A stretch of DNA of 64,000 nt, from IMG/VR virus record IMGVR_UViG_3300030943_000011, positions 1,739 through 65,738 of that record; one strand, 5' to 3'. Below the pieces are notes generated by a model, which was given only the letters and a program-made list of their open reading frames with translations, was not told where the DNA came from and ran no database searches. The position numbers were made by a program, and so were the translations under genes. Source of the stretch: a virus (lineage: Duplodnaviria > Caudoviricetes). Below are positions 47,915-57,592 of this stretch, in pieces (the stretch's first letter is position 1; each line of letters begins with the position of its first letter).

Positions 47915-50695
47915 ATGTACACACTCACAATTGGTAACAACCAGCTAATTCTCGATAGCGATTTTTCGCCATCGTTAACCTATAAAAATCCGGCATGGTG
48001 TTTTGGAGAGCTTCCCGGTCCGTTGTGTCTCGATGTAACTATTCCTGATAACGACATCAACCGAAACTATCTGGGGTTTCCCGGTCGTTTTGCTAAAGTG
48101 GCAAAAAAGAACGACCGAAAATTCCCGAAAGCCGAACTTCGTTGGAATGGCTACTTATATATTTATGGAACGCTTGTTATCACTAAAACCGACGAAAAAA
48201 GATATTCAGGCTATATACAAAGCGAACTTCGTAGCCTTAGCGATGCACAACAGGAGAAATTAATTGGCAACCACAATCTATTGGGCGAATTGACTTTTGT
48301 AAACAAAACAAATTACGATCCTGCGACAGATAATTACTGCACCATAAGGCTAAGTAACGATGGGTTCTGGACTGATAAGGGCGAACAGGAAACTGTCGAC
48401 AATGAAACACGCAGCGTGTTAACCCGCAAATTTCGCGATACTGTCGAGTCGGTTGTGAATGCCACCACGATCGATGGTGTAAAAGTATCAGCTGCTGATA
48501 GTGAGGTGGTGGTGGTAAGCCCCTTCCCGTTTTTGCATAAATTAATCGAGCTTCTTCTTCGCGAAAACAAATTATTCGTGCGAAACGATTTTCTCCGGGG
48601 CGATGCCGATTTGAAAACACTTTGCCTTTATCACAATGTCTCAATATGCGAACCAACATCTGTACTTCTGCCAGTTGAAACATGGTATTATTTTGATTAT
48701 TTTGATAATGATGGCAATGCGGTAATTAATAATTATAAAATCGATTCAGTTATCGAAACCCAAACATGGGAAACAGCCAATTTTAAACTTAAAAAGTTGT
48801 TGCCAAAAATGAAGCTTAACGAATTAATACTTTCGATACAGAACCTCACAAACAGTTTTTACCATTTTTCAGGCATCGACGACGTGGATAACATTGACCG
48901 CGAAAGCCTGTTTGACATGACACCATTCGATCTGTCGAAATACCGTATTAGCCGCTGGTTACCCGGCACCCGTCAAAACCTTTGCCTAAAGTTTAAATTC
49001 TCGCACGACTCCGACGACCAGATATTTAACGAGAACTTTACCGATATCAGTTCGCGCGAAGACGACATAAAAGAAGCAGTACAAACCTATCCTGATTTGC
49101 TCTTAATTACCGGAATGAAAATTGGCAACATTCGCCTGGTAATTGCCGAAAAAAAATACTACGAATACCGGCAGGAAACCATCGAAGACGAAGCAGGCAA
49201 ATCGAAAAATGTAATAATATGGGCCATTCTAACAGTCGATATTCAGGACTATAAATATAACCCTACCGGCGACGAATCAGAAAATATAGAAACTATGTTT
49301 TCGACACTGCTGATGAAATTGGACGGACAGCCAATCGCTTTACAGAAAGGAAACAACAGCCAGTTTTCACAATATACCGAGAATTTCAGTCCGCGCCTGC
49401 TGTTTTACAATGGCAATAATACTGGAGGATCAACATCCAGCTCCGGCTTGTCGATCGACTGGAAAAGTCTGGTTGCTACCCGTTACCGGCGTACTGCCCC
49501 GTTTTATGCAAATGCTTTACCGATTGAAGCCGATTTTAGGTTTCCAGGAAATATTTTATATAAAGTGCTGAACGAAATTTATAAACCTTACCTCGATCGT
49601 GACGGATCGTTTTTCATTAAGGAATTGCAGATTAGTTCAGCCACATCGGAGTTTGTGAATGCCACATTAACCGTATTCAAAAACGAAGACAATGTATTTG
49701 AGTCCACAGCTGATACAGTTACCGGAGGTGGCGAACATTTCGGTAACTTGTTTACCCCAATGTTTATCGGCGTTACCGAAAACGGCTGGCCAATCCTGAT
49801 CAATGCGCAGGGAATTCCTCGCCCGATGCCCGATTATGGCAACCTGTCTACCGTAACGTTTGCAAACAAAACATGTGTCGAATACAATGCAGCCTACAAA
49901 CAGCTTTTTGTGGGTGGAAATAATGGCCAGTTGCATGTTTGCGACTTAAGTGACATGGAAAACCTGAGATACAAAACTATCCAGGTGTTTGCCGGAACCG
50001 ACGAAATTTCAGCCGTGGCTATCTGCAATAACATTCTTTTTATTGGTCGTGCCTGCTCTCCTCCAATTGCGTATGTGGTGCCTATGCATGCAAATTTCGA
50101 CGACTATGCAAACGGGGCTATCCAGTTGGCGCCGTTCAATTCATCAAGCGACTTTATCCGTTCGTTTATGTATGCAGATGGATGGTATTATGCCTGCAAT
50201 ACCGGTGGCGAATTGTTCCGAAGCGAAAACGGAACGGTTGAATGGGCCGAAGTTTTTGATACACATTCAGAATACATCAAAATCGGTCTGACAGCATCTC
50301 GAATATGGCTGGTAGAGTTGAACGAGGACCTGATGTATTCGCTCCGGAGCGATCCAACGCATTTTAACCGATTTGGAGGACTGGCAGGCGATCCGCTTCA
50401 GCATGTCCGCGATTTGCAACCGCTATTGAATGATCAGATTCTATACCTATGCGACGATGATGCAGCCTGTATATTCAAGATCGATCCGGGTGTGTCGAAT
50501 GCGAACATCACACCAAACGGAATCAAGAGTGCCGGTGGCGCTTGTTTCGATGGCACAAAGTATGCCTATATCAGCGTGAAGGATTGGGGAGGCTATACTA
50601 AAATTGCTACTTACAACGACAATGTTGTTGGTGCTGAAGTTATCTGGAGTTACCTGAATGTTCAGGCATTCTTCAGCAAATTGTTTTTGTACTAA
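47915..50695 (+). CDS. Tail tip/hub protein with probable C-terminal beta-propeller
   Basis: 926 aa, last gene of tail module, PRLLFYNG segment. Confidence 0.6.
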   Translation: MYTLTIGNNQLILDSDFSPSLTYKNPAWCFGELPGPLCLDVTIPDNDINRNYLGFPGRFAKVAKKNDRKFPKAELRWNGYLYIYGTLVITKTDEKRYSGYIQSELRSLSDAQQEKLIGNHNLLGELTFVNKTNYDPATDNYCTIRLSNDGFWTDKGEQETVDNETRSVLTRKFRDTVESVVNATTIDGVKVSAADSEVVVVSPFPFLHKLIELLLRENKLFVRNDFLRGDADLKTLCLYHNVSICEPTSVLLPVETWYYFDYFDNDGNAVINNYKIDSVIETQTWETANFKLKKLLPKMKLNELILSIQNLTNSFYHFSGIDDVDNIDRESLFDMTPFDLSKYRISRWLPGTRQNLCLKFKFSHDSDDQIFNENFTDISSREDDIKEAVQTYPDLLLITGMKIGNIRLVIAEKKYYEYRQETIEDEAGKSKNVIIWAILTVDIQDYKYNPTGDESENIETMFSTLLMKLDGQPIALQKGNNSQFSQYTENFSPRLLFYNGNNTGGSTSSSGLSIDWKSLVATRYRRTAPFYANALPIEADFRFPGNILYKVLNEIYKPYLDRDGSFFIKELQISSATSEFVNATLTVFKNEDNVFESTADTVTGGGEHFGNLFTPMFIGVTENGWPILINAQGIPRPMPDYGNLSTVTFANKTCVEYNAAYKQLFVGGNNGQLHVCDLSDMENLRYKTIQVFAGTDEISAVAICNNILFIGRACSPPIAYVVPMHANFDDYANGAIQLAPFNSSSDFIRSFMYADGWYYACNTGGELFRSENGTVEWAEVFDTHSEYIKIGLTASRIWLVELNEDLMYSLRSDPTHFNRFGGLAGDPLQHVRDLQPLLNDQILYLCDDDAACIFKIDPGVSNANITPNGIKSAGGACFDGTKYAYISVKDWGGYTKIATYNDNVVGAEVIWSYLNVQAFFSKLFLY

Positions 50696-50721
50696 AAGTC
50701 ACCTTCCCTCCATTTTAATAC

Positions 50722-50764
50722 AACTCCGGGTGCGGCTAAAAGTCGCGCCCGGAGTTCTTTTTTT
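50722..50764 (+). terminator. Intrinsic terminator
   Basis: aactccgggtgcggct aaa agtcgcgcccggagtt + T run. Confidence 0.8.
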
Positions 50765-50799
50765 GTCCTTTCTGTAAGCAGTCTGACGGCTTATGTTTG
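50764..50799 (+). promoter_or_regulatory. Late promoter motif copy 7 (lysis operon)
   Basis: TGTCCTTTC-N19-TATGTTTG. Confidence 0.8.
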
Positions 50800-50813
50800 A
50801 AATAAAAAACGCT

Positions 50814-51140
50814 ATGTCGCCAGAACTCTACAAATTCATCGTGACACTTGCCGGTGCTGCAATCACGATTCTACTCGCTATCGTAGGTTATTTTTTACAA
50901 AAACAGGTCACAGTAACCGAAACGCTCATTAAGGCTGTAAATGCACTGACACTGACAGTTGAGCTGATCCAAAACAATCAGGAAAATTCAACGGCCAACT
51001 GCGGAATGAAGCATGCAGTTATCGACACCCGGTTGAACAAGCATTCGCAAATATTGAGCGAACACGACAAGGCAATTACGCGCTTGGAAACGCTGAAACC
51101 TGTGCGAAATCGAAATTCATCGAAAAAAGAGACAGCATGA
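50814..51140 (+). CDS. Holin/antiholin-like single-TM protein
   Basis: N-terminal TM plus coiled coil at head of lysis cassette. Confidence 0.55.
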   Translation: MSPELYKFIVTLAGAAITILLAIVGYFLQKQVTVTETLIKAVNALTLTVELIQNNQENSTANCGMKHAVIDTRLNKHSQILSEHDKAITRLETLKPVRNRNSSKKETA

Positions 51141-51613
51141 AAAATCTGATGCTAATCCTTGCTTTCATTCTTCTTACTTCAGCAGTCCCAACCTACGTTC
51201 GCACAGTTGATAAAGCCGAATATGAACTTTACAAAAAGTGGTGTGCTAAAGTGGTATCAAAAAGAGTCGAACAAACTGGCAAAATAACACTCCTGAAAAA
51301 AGACGGCTACTATACCAAGGCAGACGGCACATTTACCCGCAGTACAAAAGCACCCTACTGGTATTCATTGTCAACCAAATCGTTTACGATCAACGAAAAC
51401 GAAAAGATGGTAAGTCGTTTTGTAATCGTTAACGAAGCCAACGATGCCACGCCCACTATTAAAGAATTTTACACGGTCTGGATGGTGGCGAAATACAATG
51501 CCGAAATTAAAAGGCTTCAGGAGGCTATTGCGAATCCCGACTTTGCCGATCACGTTGTGAACCTTACAAAACAACTCAATTACATTAAATCAGAATTAAC
51601 CAAAATTCAATAG
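51137..51613 (+). CDS. Exported hypothetical protein
   Basis: Signal-peptide-like N-terminus. Confidence 0.6.
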   Translation: MKNLMLILAFILLTSAVPTYVRTVDKAEYELYKKWCAKVVSKRVEQTGKITLLKKDGYYTKADGTFTRSTKAPYWYSLSTKSFTINENEKMVSRFVIVNEANDATPTIKEFYTVWMVAKYNAEIKRLQEAIANPDFADHVVNLTKQLNYIKSELTKIQ

Positions 51614-51615
51614 CC

Positions 51616-52146
51616 ATGGCAGAATTTATAAAAGGATTTCAAAAGACAATTGACGCAGAAGGTGGATATGTCAACGATCCCGATGATCCGGGCGGCGAAA
51701 CCTATAAAGGAGTTGCCCGAAAAATACACAGCAAATGGGAAGGATGGACAAACATCGACATGCTGAAGCGCCAACCTGGTTTTCCTGCTTCCATCGATAA
51801 GGATGCTGAAATCCGCGAGTTAGTTGGCGAATTTTACCTCGTTAATTACTGGAATAAGCTGAAAGGCGATGAAATAATCAATCAGGAAGTCGCTGAATCT
51901 ATTTTTGATTTCGGAGTTAACGCCGGAGCTGCTACCAGTGCTGCACTGGCACAGATGGTGGTGGGCGCCAACGCAGATGGTGTGATAGGTCCTGATTCTT
52001 TATCAGCAATAAATGCTTTTAATCCGGAGCATTTTCAGGCTGCATTTACAGTCGAGAAAATCAGGAGATACATTGCAATTTGCAATAAACGAGAAACCAG
52101 CCGGAAGTATTTCTATGGTTGGGTTAATAGAGCAGTTAATCATTAA
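51616..52146 (+). CDS. GH108 endolysin
   Basis: EGGYVNDPDDPGGETYKGV, FDFGVNAG, DGVIGP, YFYGWVNR. Confidence 0.93.
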   Translation: MAEFIKGFQKTIDAEGGYVNDPDDPGGETYKGVARKIHSKWEGWTNIDMLKRQPGFPASIDKDAEIRELVGEFYLVNYWNKLKGDEIINQEVAESIFDFGVNAGAATSAALAQMVVGANADGVIGPDSLSAINAFNPEHFQAAFTVEKIRRYIAICNKRETSRKYFYGWVNRAVNH

Positions 52147-52156
52147 ATTTTCAAAT

Positions 52157-52390
52157 ATGAAAAAGTTTTTTATTTGGATAGCTTCTGCCATTGAAGATCA
52201 GAAAGGAAGTATCTCATCAAAGAGGCTTGGTTTTTTTTGGTGTCTTTGGATGTTGAGTCGGGCAGTTACCCAGCCAACTATTAATGAAATAGTCCTATAT
52301 ACTATAGCTGGACTTGCTTTTGGATTAGCAGGGTTAACAATTCCAGAGTGGTTCTCAAATCTTAAAAACAAACCAAATGAAGCAAATTAA
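52157..52390 (+). CDS. Putative holin
   Basis: 77 aa, SSKR followed by two TM segments. Confidence 0.6.
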   Translation: MKKFFIWIASAIEDQKGSISSKRLGFFWCLWMLSRAVTQPTINEIVLYTIAGLAFGLAGLTIPEWFSNLKNKPNEAN

Positions 52391-52940
52391 TTTATTACTC
52401 ATAATCTTGGTTTTATTGGTTGGTTGCCGGTCAACTAAAAAAGTGATTAAATCGGATGTTCAAACGAATATCCAAACCGAAACGAAACAAACAACGGCAT
52501 CGAAAGAGAAGCAAAACATTGATTTTGATAAAAATTCGAATCAGGAAACCACTAATATCAATATTAAGTTTTCGCCACCTGATAAGAATTTACCACAAAC
52601 CGATCGCATTAATACCGGCATTCCTGAAGTTGACGAGCAACTTAAAAATCAGAATTTAGGCGATCACGGTCCGGTTGAATCAATATCGATTACAACGACC
52701 AAAAGCAATGAATCGGATAAAAGCAAGGTCACAACAGAGAAAGAAGATCAATCGACTACAAATACAAAGGCAAAAGATCAGTCGACCGAAAACACAGTAA
52801 CAAAGGAAAAAACGAAACCCGATCGGCGCTGGATGTGGTTTCTTATAATTCCTGCAGCAGCTGTCGGATTTTTGATTTATCGAAAATGGGCGTGGATCCA
52901 GTCTGTCCTTTCAAAATTTTCAGGAAAAAGCAAAATTTGA
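52377..52940 (+). CDS. Putative unimolecular spanin
   Basis: Lipobox LLVGC plus C-terminal TM WMWFLIIPAAAVGFLIY. Confidence 0.65.
   Translation: MKQINLLLIILVLLVGCRSTKKVIKSDVQTNIQTETKQTTASKEKQNIDFDKNSNQETTNINIKFSPPDKNLPQTDRINTGIPEVDEQLKNQNLGDHGPVESISITTTKSNESDKSKVTTEKEDQSTTNTKAKDQSTENTVTKEKTKPDRRWMWFLIIPAAAVGFLIYRKWAWIQSVLSKFSGKSKI
52904..52939 (+). promoter_or_regulatory. Late promoter motif copy 8
   Basis: TGTCCTTTC-N19-AAAATTTG. Confidence 0.65.
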
Positions 52941-52973
52941 TTCTCAATTATTTATAAACTTAAATTTTACCAG

Positions 52974-53375
52974 ATGAAAACGATTTTAGCATTTCTATTT
53001 TTGGTGATTTGTTTGGTGGTCATGCCACCAGGCTATTCGCAGGCTTCGAGTATTGATCACGGAATTACGTTTGTGGCCGATGTTGGTCATGTGGCACCTG
53101 TAGCTATGGTTCAGGAGATTGGAGGTATTGCTTATCGGCAATTTTCCAATGTGATCGTTATCTCTCATTCCGACGCTGTTTTACCGGCAACCTGTTTATA
53201 TTCGGATGAGAAAATTATGCTTAAATTACCTGTTGTGGCTTTGTTTTATATCGATCGATTATGCCATCAAACTTATGCGATGAATAAACGACCTCCTAAT
53301 TTACAAAGCAAGAAAGCATCCACTGAAAATATTACGATCAGCCCAATCCAGATCAGGGCCGATATGCAAGGTTAG
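52974..53375 (+). CDS. Exported hypothetical protein
   Basis: Signal-peptide-like N-terminus; own promoter motif. Confidence 0.6.
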   Translation: MKTILAFLFLVICLVVMPPGYSQASSIDHGITFVADVGHVAPVAMVQEIGGIAYRQFSNVIVISHSDAVLPATCLYSDEKIMLKLPVVALFYIDRLCHQTYAMNKRPPNLQSKKASTENITISPIQIRADMQG

Positions 53376-53403
53376 GTTTTTAGTTAAATAGTTTTATTGG
53401 TTT

Positions 53404-53437
53404 ATCCCCGGTTCACGAGCTGATCTGGGGATTTTTT
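53404..53437 (+). terminator. Intrinsic terminator between convergent genes
   Basis: atccccggttca cgagc tgatctggggatttttt. Confidence 0.65.
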
Positions 53438-53464
53438 GTATAATGTGGTAAGTGGTAGGTAAGA

Positions 53465-54724
53465 TTATATACAAAATTCAAATTCTTCCAAAACAATAGT
53501 ACAGGCAAATCCGGGTGGATCAGGAAACTTAGTTCGCACATGTTCCGACCGCTCCCCGAAATGCCTGCGGATATACCGGTAGGTTGAAGCAATATCGGTA
53601 TGACCCAGTTGATTCATTATCTCGACGATAGTAGCGCCACTCTCAAGTAATTTTCCGGCGCCGGTATGTTTGAATGAATACCACTTGTACAAATCGGTTA
53701 ATCCAAGCTGCTCCCGATACTTATTAAACCGGGTCCTCAATGTATTGTACCCGATTGAAAATTTACCCGGACGTCCAAACCGGCTGATTAGGTACATATC
53801 CTTTCCATAGTGAATTACGCCCTGTTCAACCAGTATTTTGTACATCTGAGCCGGAATATCAACCGTTCGTTCTTTCCGTTTTTTGGCTACGTTTTTAGGT
53901 ATATGTATCGTTCGTGCCGACATATTTACCTGATTAAGTTTAAGCTTAAGCAATTCGTCACCTGGCCGGATGAAACAAAAATACTGGAGCATGGCGCCAA
54001 GAAACAGTTGGGGATCTTCAGCCCTGATCATTGGAAGTATCAATTCTAAATCTTCATCCAGAAATGGAATAGCTGAGAAATCCTCACCAGGTTCCGGAAT
54101 TCCAATTCTACCCACCGGACTCTCATTGATTACTTTGCGATCGATAAGATAAGCCCAGAAGCCATCGAGCGTAATTTTATATTTTTCAACTGTTGGACCT
54201 GCCAGATGACGATCAATAATCAAGTGATCGAAAAATCTAAGAATCAGATCATGATTATATGTTGAAAGGTCATTGTCAACCAATTTTTCACGCTCGAGCC
54301 ATGACACAAACTCCCGGAGTTTACCGCGATAACTTTCGTAAGTTTTTTTTGCTTTGATGCTTTTCTGAAGGGTGACATATTCGGAGGCATAGAACCTGAC
54401 GTTCTTATTTGCCTGTCGCTTACGACCGTATACCTGAGCAGCTGTGTGATACTCCAGATCATCGACATATACCACCTGAACTGAGGAGTCATCTGTAGGA
54501 TTCCATCCCTTCAGCAGTTTTGCAGTGAGGTTATTGATTAACTCTTCACCAAACTTATACCGATCCTTTTTTGTACGGATTTGGGCAAAACCTTCCTGAT
54601 ATCGTTTCCGCACCATTTTATCAGTTCGCGGATCACGATAGCCAATCTCAACCCACCAGGGTTTTGAAAGGTCGCCGCCCTGATCAAACAGGCGCGGCGC
54701 CCTGAACAATTTCTGTCGTCTCAT
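53465..54724 (-). CDS. Phage integrase (lysogeny tyrosine recombinase)
   Basis: FIRPGDEL, AKKRK, YSFKHTGA, QLGHTD..TYRY; N-terminal arm-binding region; likely start ATG 54724. Confidence 0.9.
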   Translation of the reverse strand: MRRQKLFRAPRLFDQGGDLSKPWWVEIGYRDPRTDKMVRKRYQEGFAQIRTKKDRYKFGEELINNLTAKLLKGWNPTDDSSVQVVYVDDLEYHTAAQVYGRKRQANKNVRFYASEYVTLQKSIKAKKTYESYRGKLREFVSWLEREKLVDNDLSTYNHDLILRFFDHLIIDRHLAGPTVEKYKITLDGFWAYLIDRKVINESPVGRIGIPEPGEDFSAIPFLDEDLELILPMIRAEDPQLFLGAMLQYFCFIRPGDELLKLKLNQVNMSARTIHIPKNVAKKRKERTVDIPAQMYKILVEQGVIHYGKDMYLISRFGRPGKFSIGYNTLRTRFNKYREQLGLTDLYKWYSFKHTGAGKLLESGATIVEIMNQLGHTDIASTYRYIRRHFGERSEHVRTKFPDPPGFACTIVLEEFEFCI

Positions 54725-54763
54725 AATGTCTGAATAAAGTTCGTCCCCACGCCCAAAAAACAA

Positions 54764-54980
54764 ACACATACATAACGACATACATTTTCTTTAACGCTGA
54801 CATACACTTTTTAAACCTTAAAGCGTTGAAAATCAGCTATCTTATAAAACATCGTGGAGCTGGCGGGAGATTCAAAAACCCTTTAACCACTTCATCCTGA
54901 TGTTCTTGAAAATCGTATTATGTGTATGTTGCAAGTTTTGGTTGTATTCGTGAGTGTAGCTATAATATAATGTGTATGTC
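54764..54980. other. attP: tmRNA 3'-end core with flanking arm-type repeats
   Basis: 54854-54869 reverse complement CTCCCGCCAGCTCCAC matches typical ssrA 3' end; (G)ACATACA(C/T) copies on left, TGTGTATGT(T/C) on right. Confidence 0.75.
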
Positions 54981-54983
54981 GTT

Positions 54984-55019
54984 TGTCCTTTCCTGCATTT
55001 ACCAAAACGATTAGCATTG
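54984..55019 (+). promoter_or_regulatory. Late promoter motif copy 9
   Basis: TGTCCTTTC-N19-TAGCATTG. Confidence 0.65.
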
Positions 55020-55037
55020 TTGAAAATTTATTCAATT

Positions 55038-55199
55038 ATGAAAGCACTTAAAAATTTTGTCAACGCTATTTTTGGTAACAAATCCGAAAAAATAAGATTA
55101 AGGTCAGTTGATTTGGCTTTAAAATCAAATACGGATTCAAGCAATCTTATTAAAGTTGCTGATGGTATTTATAAGTACATCAAAAACGGTACGTTATAA
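55038..55199 (+). CDS. Small hypothetical protein
   Basis: ATG 55038 just after promoter motif. Confidence 0.55.
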   Translation: MKALKNFVNAIFGNKSEKIRLRSVDLALKSNTDSSNLIKVADGIYKYIKNGTL

Positions 55200-55403
55200 T
55201 CCAATCATCGCTTTTATTTCATCAAAACTTGCGGTCACATATTCTGTTTGCGGCCATAAGTCTTTTCCTCTCGAAAAATTCAGGGTTATTACCGATCCGT
55301 TACCGTCGCTGGATGGTTCTGGTTCAATTTTCCCAATGGTTGAAACACCAATAATAATTGGTGTTTTTTCTTTTGTAGTTAAAACAATAAATTCTTTGCT
55401 CAT
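55194..55403 (-). CDS. Small hypothetical protein (lysogenic strand)
   Basis: 69 aa with AAGGAG upstream. Confidence 0.6.
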   Translation of the reverse strand: MSKEFIVLTTKEKTPIIIGVSTIGKIEPEPSSDGNGSVITLNFSRGKDLWPQTEYVTASFDEIKAMIGL

Positions 55404-55556
55404 CTCCTTTATATTATGTGTATGTCAACTTAGGATCAATATTTTTTGCTTTTTAAAAAGGTTTAATCCTGTTTTATTTATTCTACTACTTCTATAACAC
55501 AAACTTCATCACCACCCCACCATACCAACGGAAGCTCTAATTGGTACTTTTGGAAA

Positions 55557-55943
55557 TTAGACCGCTTGTGCGATACTTGCATCCGGGGTCTCTTTTTTAT
55601 GCTCTCCCTGCAATGCTGCAATTGTTTGTTTTTGCGACTCAACTAATGCGTTGGCTCCATCAAGCTTGGCCTGTAACACTTCACATTTATTACATGGTTC
55701 ATTAGCCACATTCAATATTTCTTCTCCAACTAATATCTTTTGCTGCTTTTCTTCCTTGTCGAAGTAATAAGCTATCGTTCGGCCAAAGTAATCTGCAAGT
55801 ATTTCAACTTCATCAGGTGTCCAATTTCCATGTTTCATGCGATTGATCGCTGTAGTATATGGCAATTTTAAAATATTTGAAACGTCAATTTTGGTTAGAC
55901 TTTTAAAATTGATATCTGAAGCTATCCTATTGATATTTAACAT
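55557..55943 (-). CDS. Putative immunity repressor (HTH plus coiled coil)
   Basis: HTH-like N-terminus ending LADYFG..IAYYF; divergent from early operon. Confidence 0.7.
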   Translation of the reverse strand: MLNINRIASDINFKSLTKIDVSNILKLPYTTAINRMKHGNWTPDEVEILADYFGRTIAYYFDKEEKQQKILVGEEILNVANEPCNKCEVLQAKLDGANALVESQKQTIAALQGEHKKETPDASIAQAV

Positions 55944-56059
55944 GTATTATTTAGAATTAAAATAAATAATCATTTTTGGTTATTTTTTAACCAATATTGG
56001 TTTTTAATCAAACCAAATTTTGTACTATTGTCATATAAATATGTAATAATTATACAACT
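55944..56059. promoter_or_regulatory. Divergent promoter/operator region
   Basis: AT-rich gap with palindrome AACCAATATTGGTT (55989-56002) and further TTGGTT/AACCAA half-sites. Confidence 0.55.
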
Positions 56060-56245
56060 ATGGCAACAGCAAATAGGATGAAGTTTTTAACTCAACTGAA
56101 CGATGCCCGTTCGGCAATTGTACTGCCAAAAGAGTTAAAGAAAATTGTGAAAGCAAAAGCAAAAGAAGATAACACCAACGAATCGCAGTGGATAAAGGTT
56201 GCTATCATAGAGAAGTTGGAACGATCTGAAGTAGAAGTAGAGTAA
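56060..56245 (+). CDS. RHH-like small regulator (Cro position)
   Basis: AIVLPKELKK..K.KA....NESQWIKVAIIEKL. Confidence 0.65.
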   Translation: MATANRMKFLTQLNDARSAIVLPKELKKIVKAKAKEDNTNESQWIKVAIIEKLERSEVEVE

Positions 56246-56251
56246 AAACAC

Positions 56252-56296
56252 AAAAAACCCCGCTTAAATCTTGGCGGACTATTAGCGGGGTTTTTT
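56252..56296 (+). terminator. Intrinsic terminator/attenuator
   Basis: aaaaaaccccgct ... agcggggtttttt. Confidence 0.75.
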
Positions 56297-56307
56297 AAAT
56301 AAATCTA

Positions 56308-56865
56308 TTGGTTATGAAAGAACAACAGGTTACATCGCAAAATGTTCCGGCTGGAATTTTTTCGGGTATCGAAGCTTTTTGGCACGAAAACGAAAAGTGG
56401 GTAATTGCCAACGGAACGGTTAAACGTTTCCACGAATGCGACTCCCGAATTCAGCAACCTATATGGAAAGCATTTATGGCCGATAAACAATCGTTGGCAT
56501 ACATCGCTAAAATAGGAATCACTAAAGCTTCAGAAGTATTCGACCGCTGGTATCGCTGCGTTGTTGGCGGATTGGACCATGTTCCAGATTTCGATTTCAA
56601 GTTTACTCCCGATGCCTATAATAATATGTGCACCGACCACTCCTGCCCCCTTCGTGGTCGCTTATGCTCTCGCGCTGCTGGACTCAAAAACTACGAGGTT
56701 GAAACCATCATCGCACTGAAATCGGCCAAAAATATGGATCAGGTTGCTAATACCGTTCACGTGTCATTGCCAGCTATTAAATCGCGTGTAGCCATTATGC
56801 GCGAAAAGATGAATGTAACTACAACAGTTGGAATAATTGCCCGTGCTGCCGAATTCGGAATTTAA
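56308..56865 (+). CDS. LuxR-type HTH protein
   Basis: C-terminal QVANTVHVSLPAIKSRVAIMREKMNV. Confidence 0.7.
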   Translation: MVMKEQQVTSQNVPAGIFSGIEAFWHENEKWVIANGTVKRFHECDSRIQQPIWKAFMADKQSLAYIAKIGITKASEVFDRWYRCVVGGLDHVPDFDFKFTPDAYNNMCTDHSCPLRGRLCSRAAGLKNYEVETIIALKSAKNMDQVANTVHVSLPAIKSRVAIMREKMNVTTTVGIIARAAEFGI

Positions 56866-56883
56866 CCAATAAATACCAATACA

Positions 56884-57414
56884 ATGAAAAATTCGATTAA
56901 AAAGTTTTTAGAGTTCAACGGCAAAACCATTTATTTCGTTGCTGTTGATGGCCAGTACTGGATCGCAATTAAACCAATTTGCGAAGCTTTAAATGTGGAT
57001 TACATCCGCCAGTTTAAGAACCTGAAAGATGACAAAATTTTGGGTGCTGCGTTGTCTAATCAGACAATGCACGATGCCTCCGGAAGACTTCAGGAAATGT
57101 CTTCTTTGCCTGAATTTTTCATCTACGGATGGATATTCCAGATTCAATCTCAATCAACTGAATTGGCTGCCTATAAATGGGAATGTTACCGGGTTTTATA
57201 CGAACATTTCCACGGCGCAATCACTGGCCGTAAAGAATTACTTTCCGAAAAAGCCCGCATCCAAATCGAAATCGATAAATGTTTCAATACACTCGATCCA
57301 GAAGTTGCTCTTCGCCTCGATCGTGCCAATACTCAAATAAATAAAATTAATAAGCAACTACGAGAACTCGATGCAGATGTAATGGAGGAAGAAAAAACAT
57401 TGTTCGATTCTTAA
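56884..57414 (+). CDS. Antirepressor, P22 AR N-terminal domain
   Basis: WIAIKPICEALNVDY..Q..LK.D...GWIFQI. Confidence 0.85.
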   Translation: MKNSIKKFLEFNGKTIYFVAVDGQYWIAIKPICEALNVDYIRQFKNLKDDKILGAALSNQTMHDASGRLQEMSSLPEFFIYGWIFQIQSQSTELAAYKWECYRVLYEHFHGAITGRKELLSEKARIQIEIDKCFNTLDPEVALRLDRANTQINKINKQLRELDADVMEEEKTLFDS

Positions 57415-57519
57415 TTGATTGATGCAGTTCTGGGCCCTGCTAAACAAAACCGCCCTGTGTTACATGTATCAAATTTGCAACAACGCCCCGGTACAGTTAG
57501 GTTATTTGCCGGGGCACAC

Positions 57520-57592
57520 AGCGAAGTAGAGCAGCAGGCAGCTCGCCGGATTCATAATCCGGAGGTCATGGGTTCGATTCCCGTCTTCGCGA
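57520..57592 (+). tRNA. tRNA-Met(CAT), initiator-like
   Basis: Acceptor gcgaag/cttcgc, D stem gagc/gctc, anticodon arm ccgga-ttCATaa-tccgg, T arm atggg-ttcgatt-cccgt; CCA not encoded. Confidence 0.85.
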
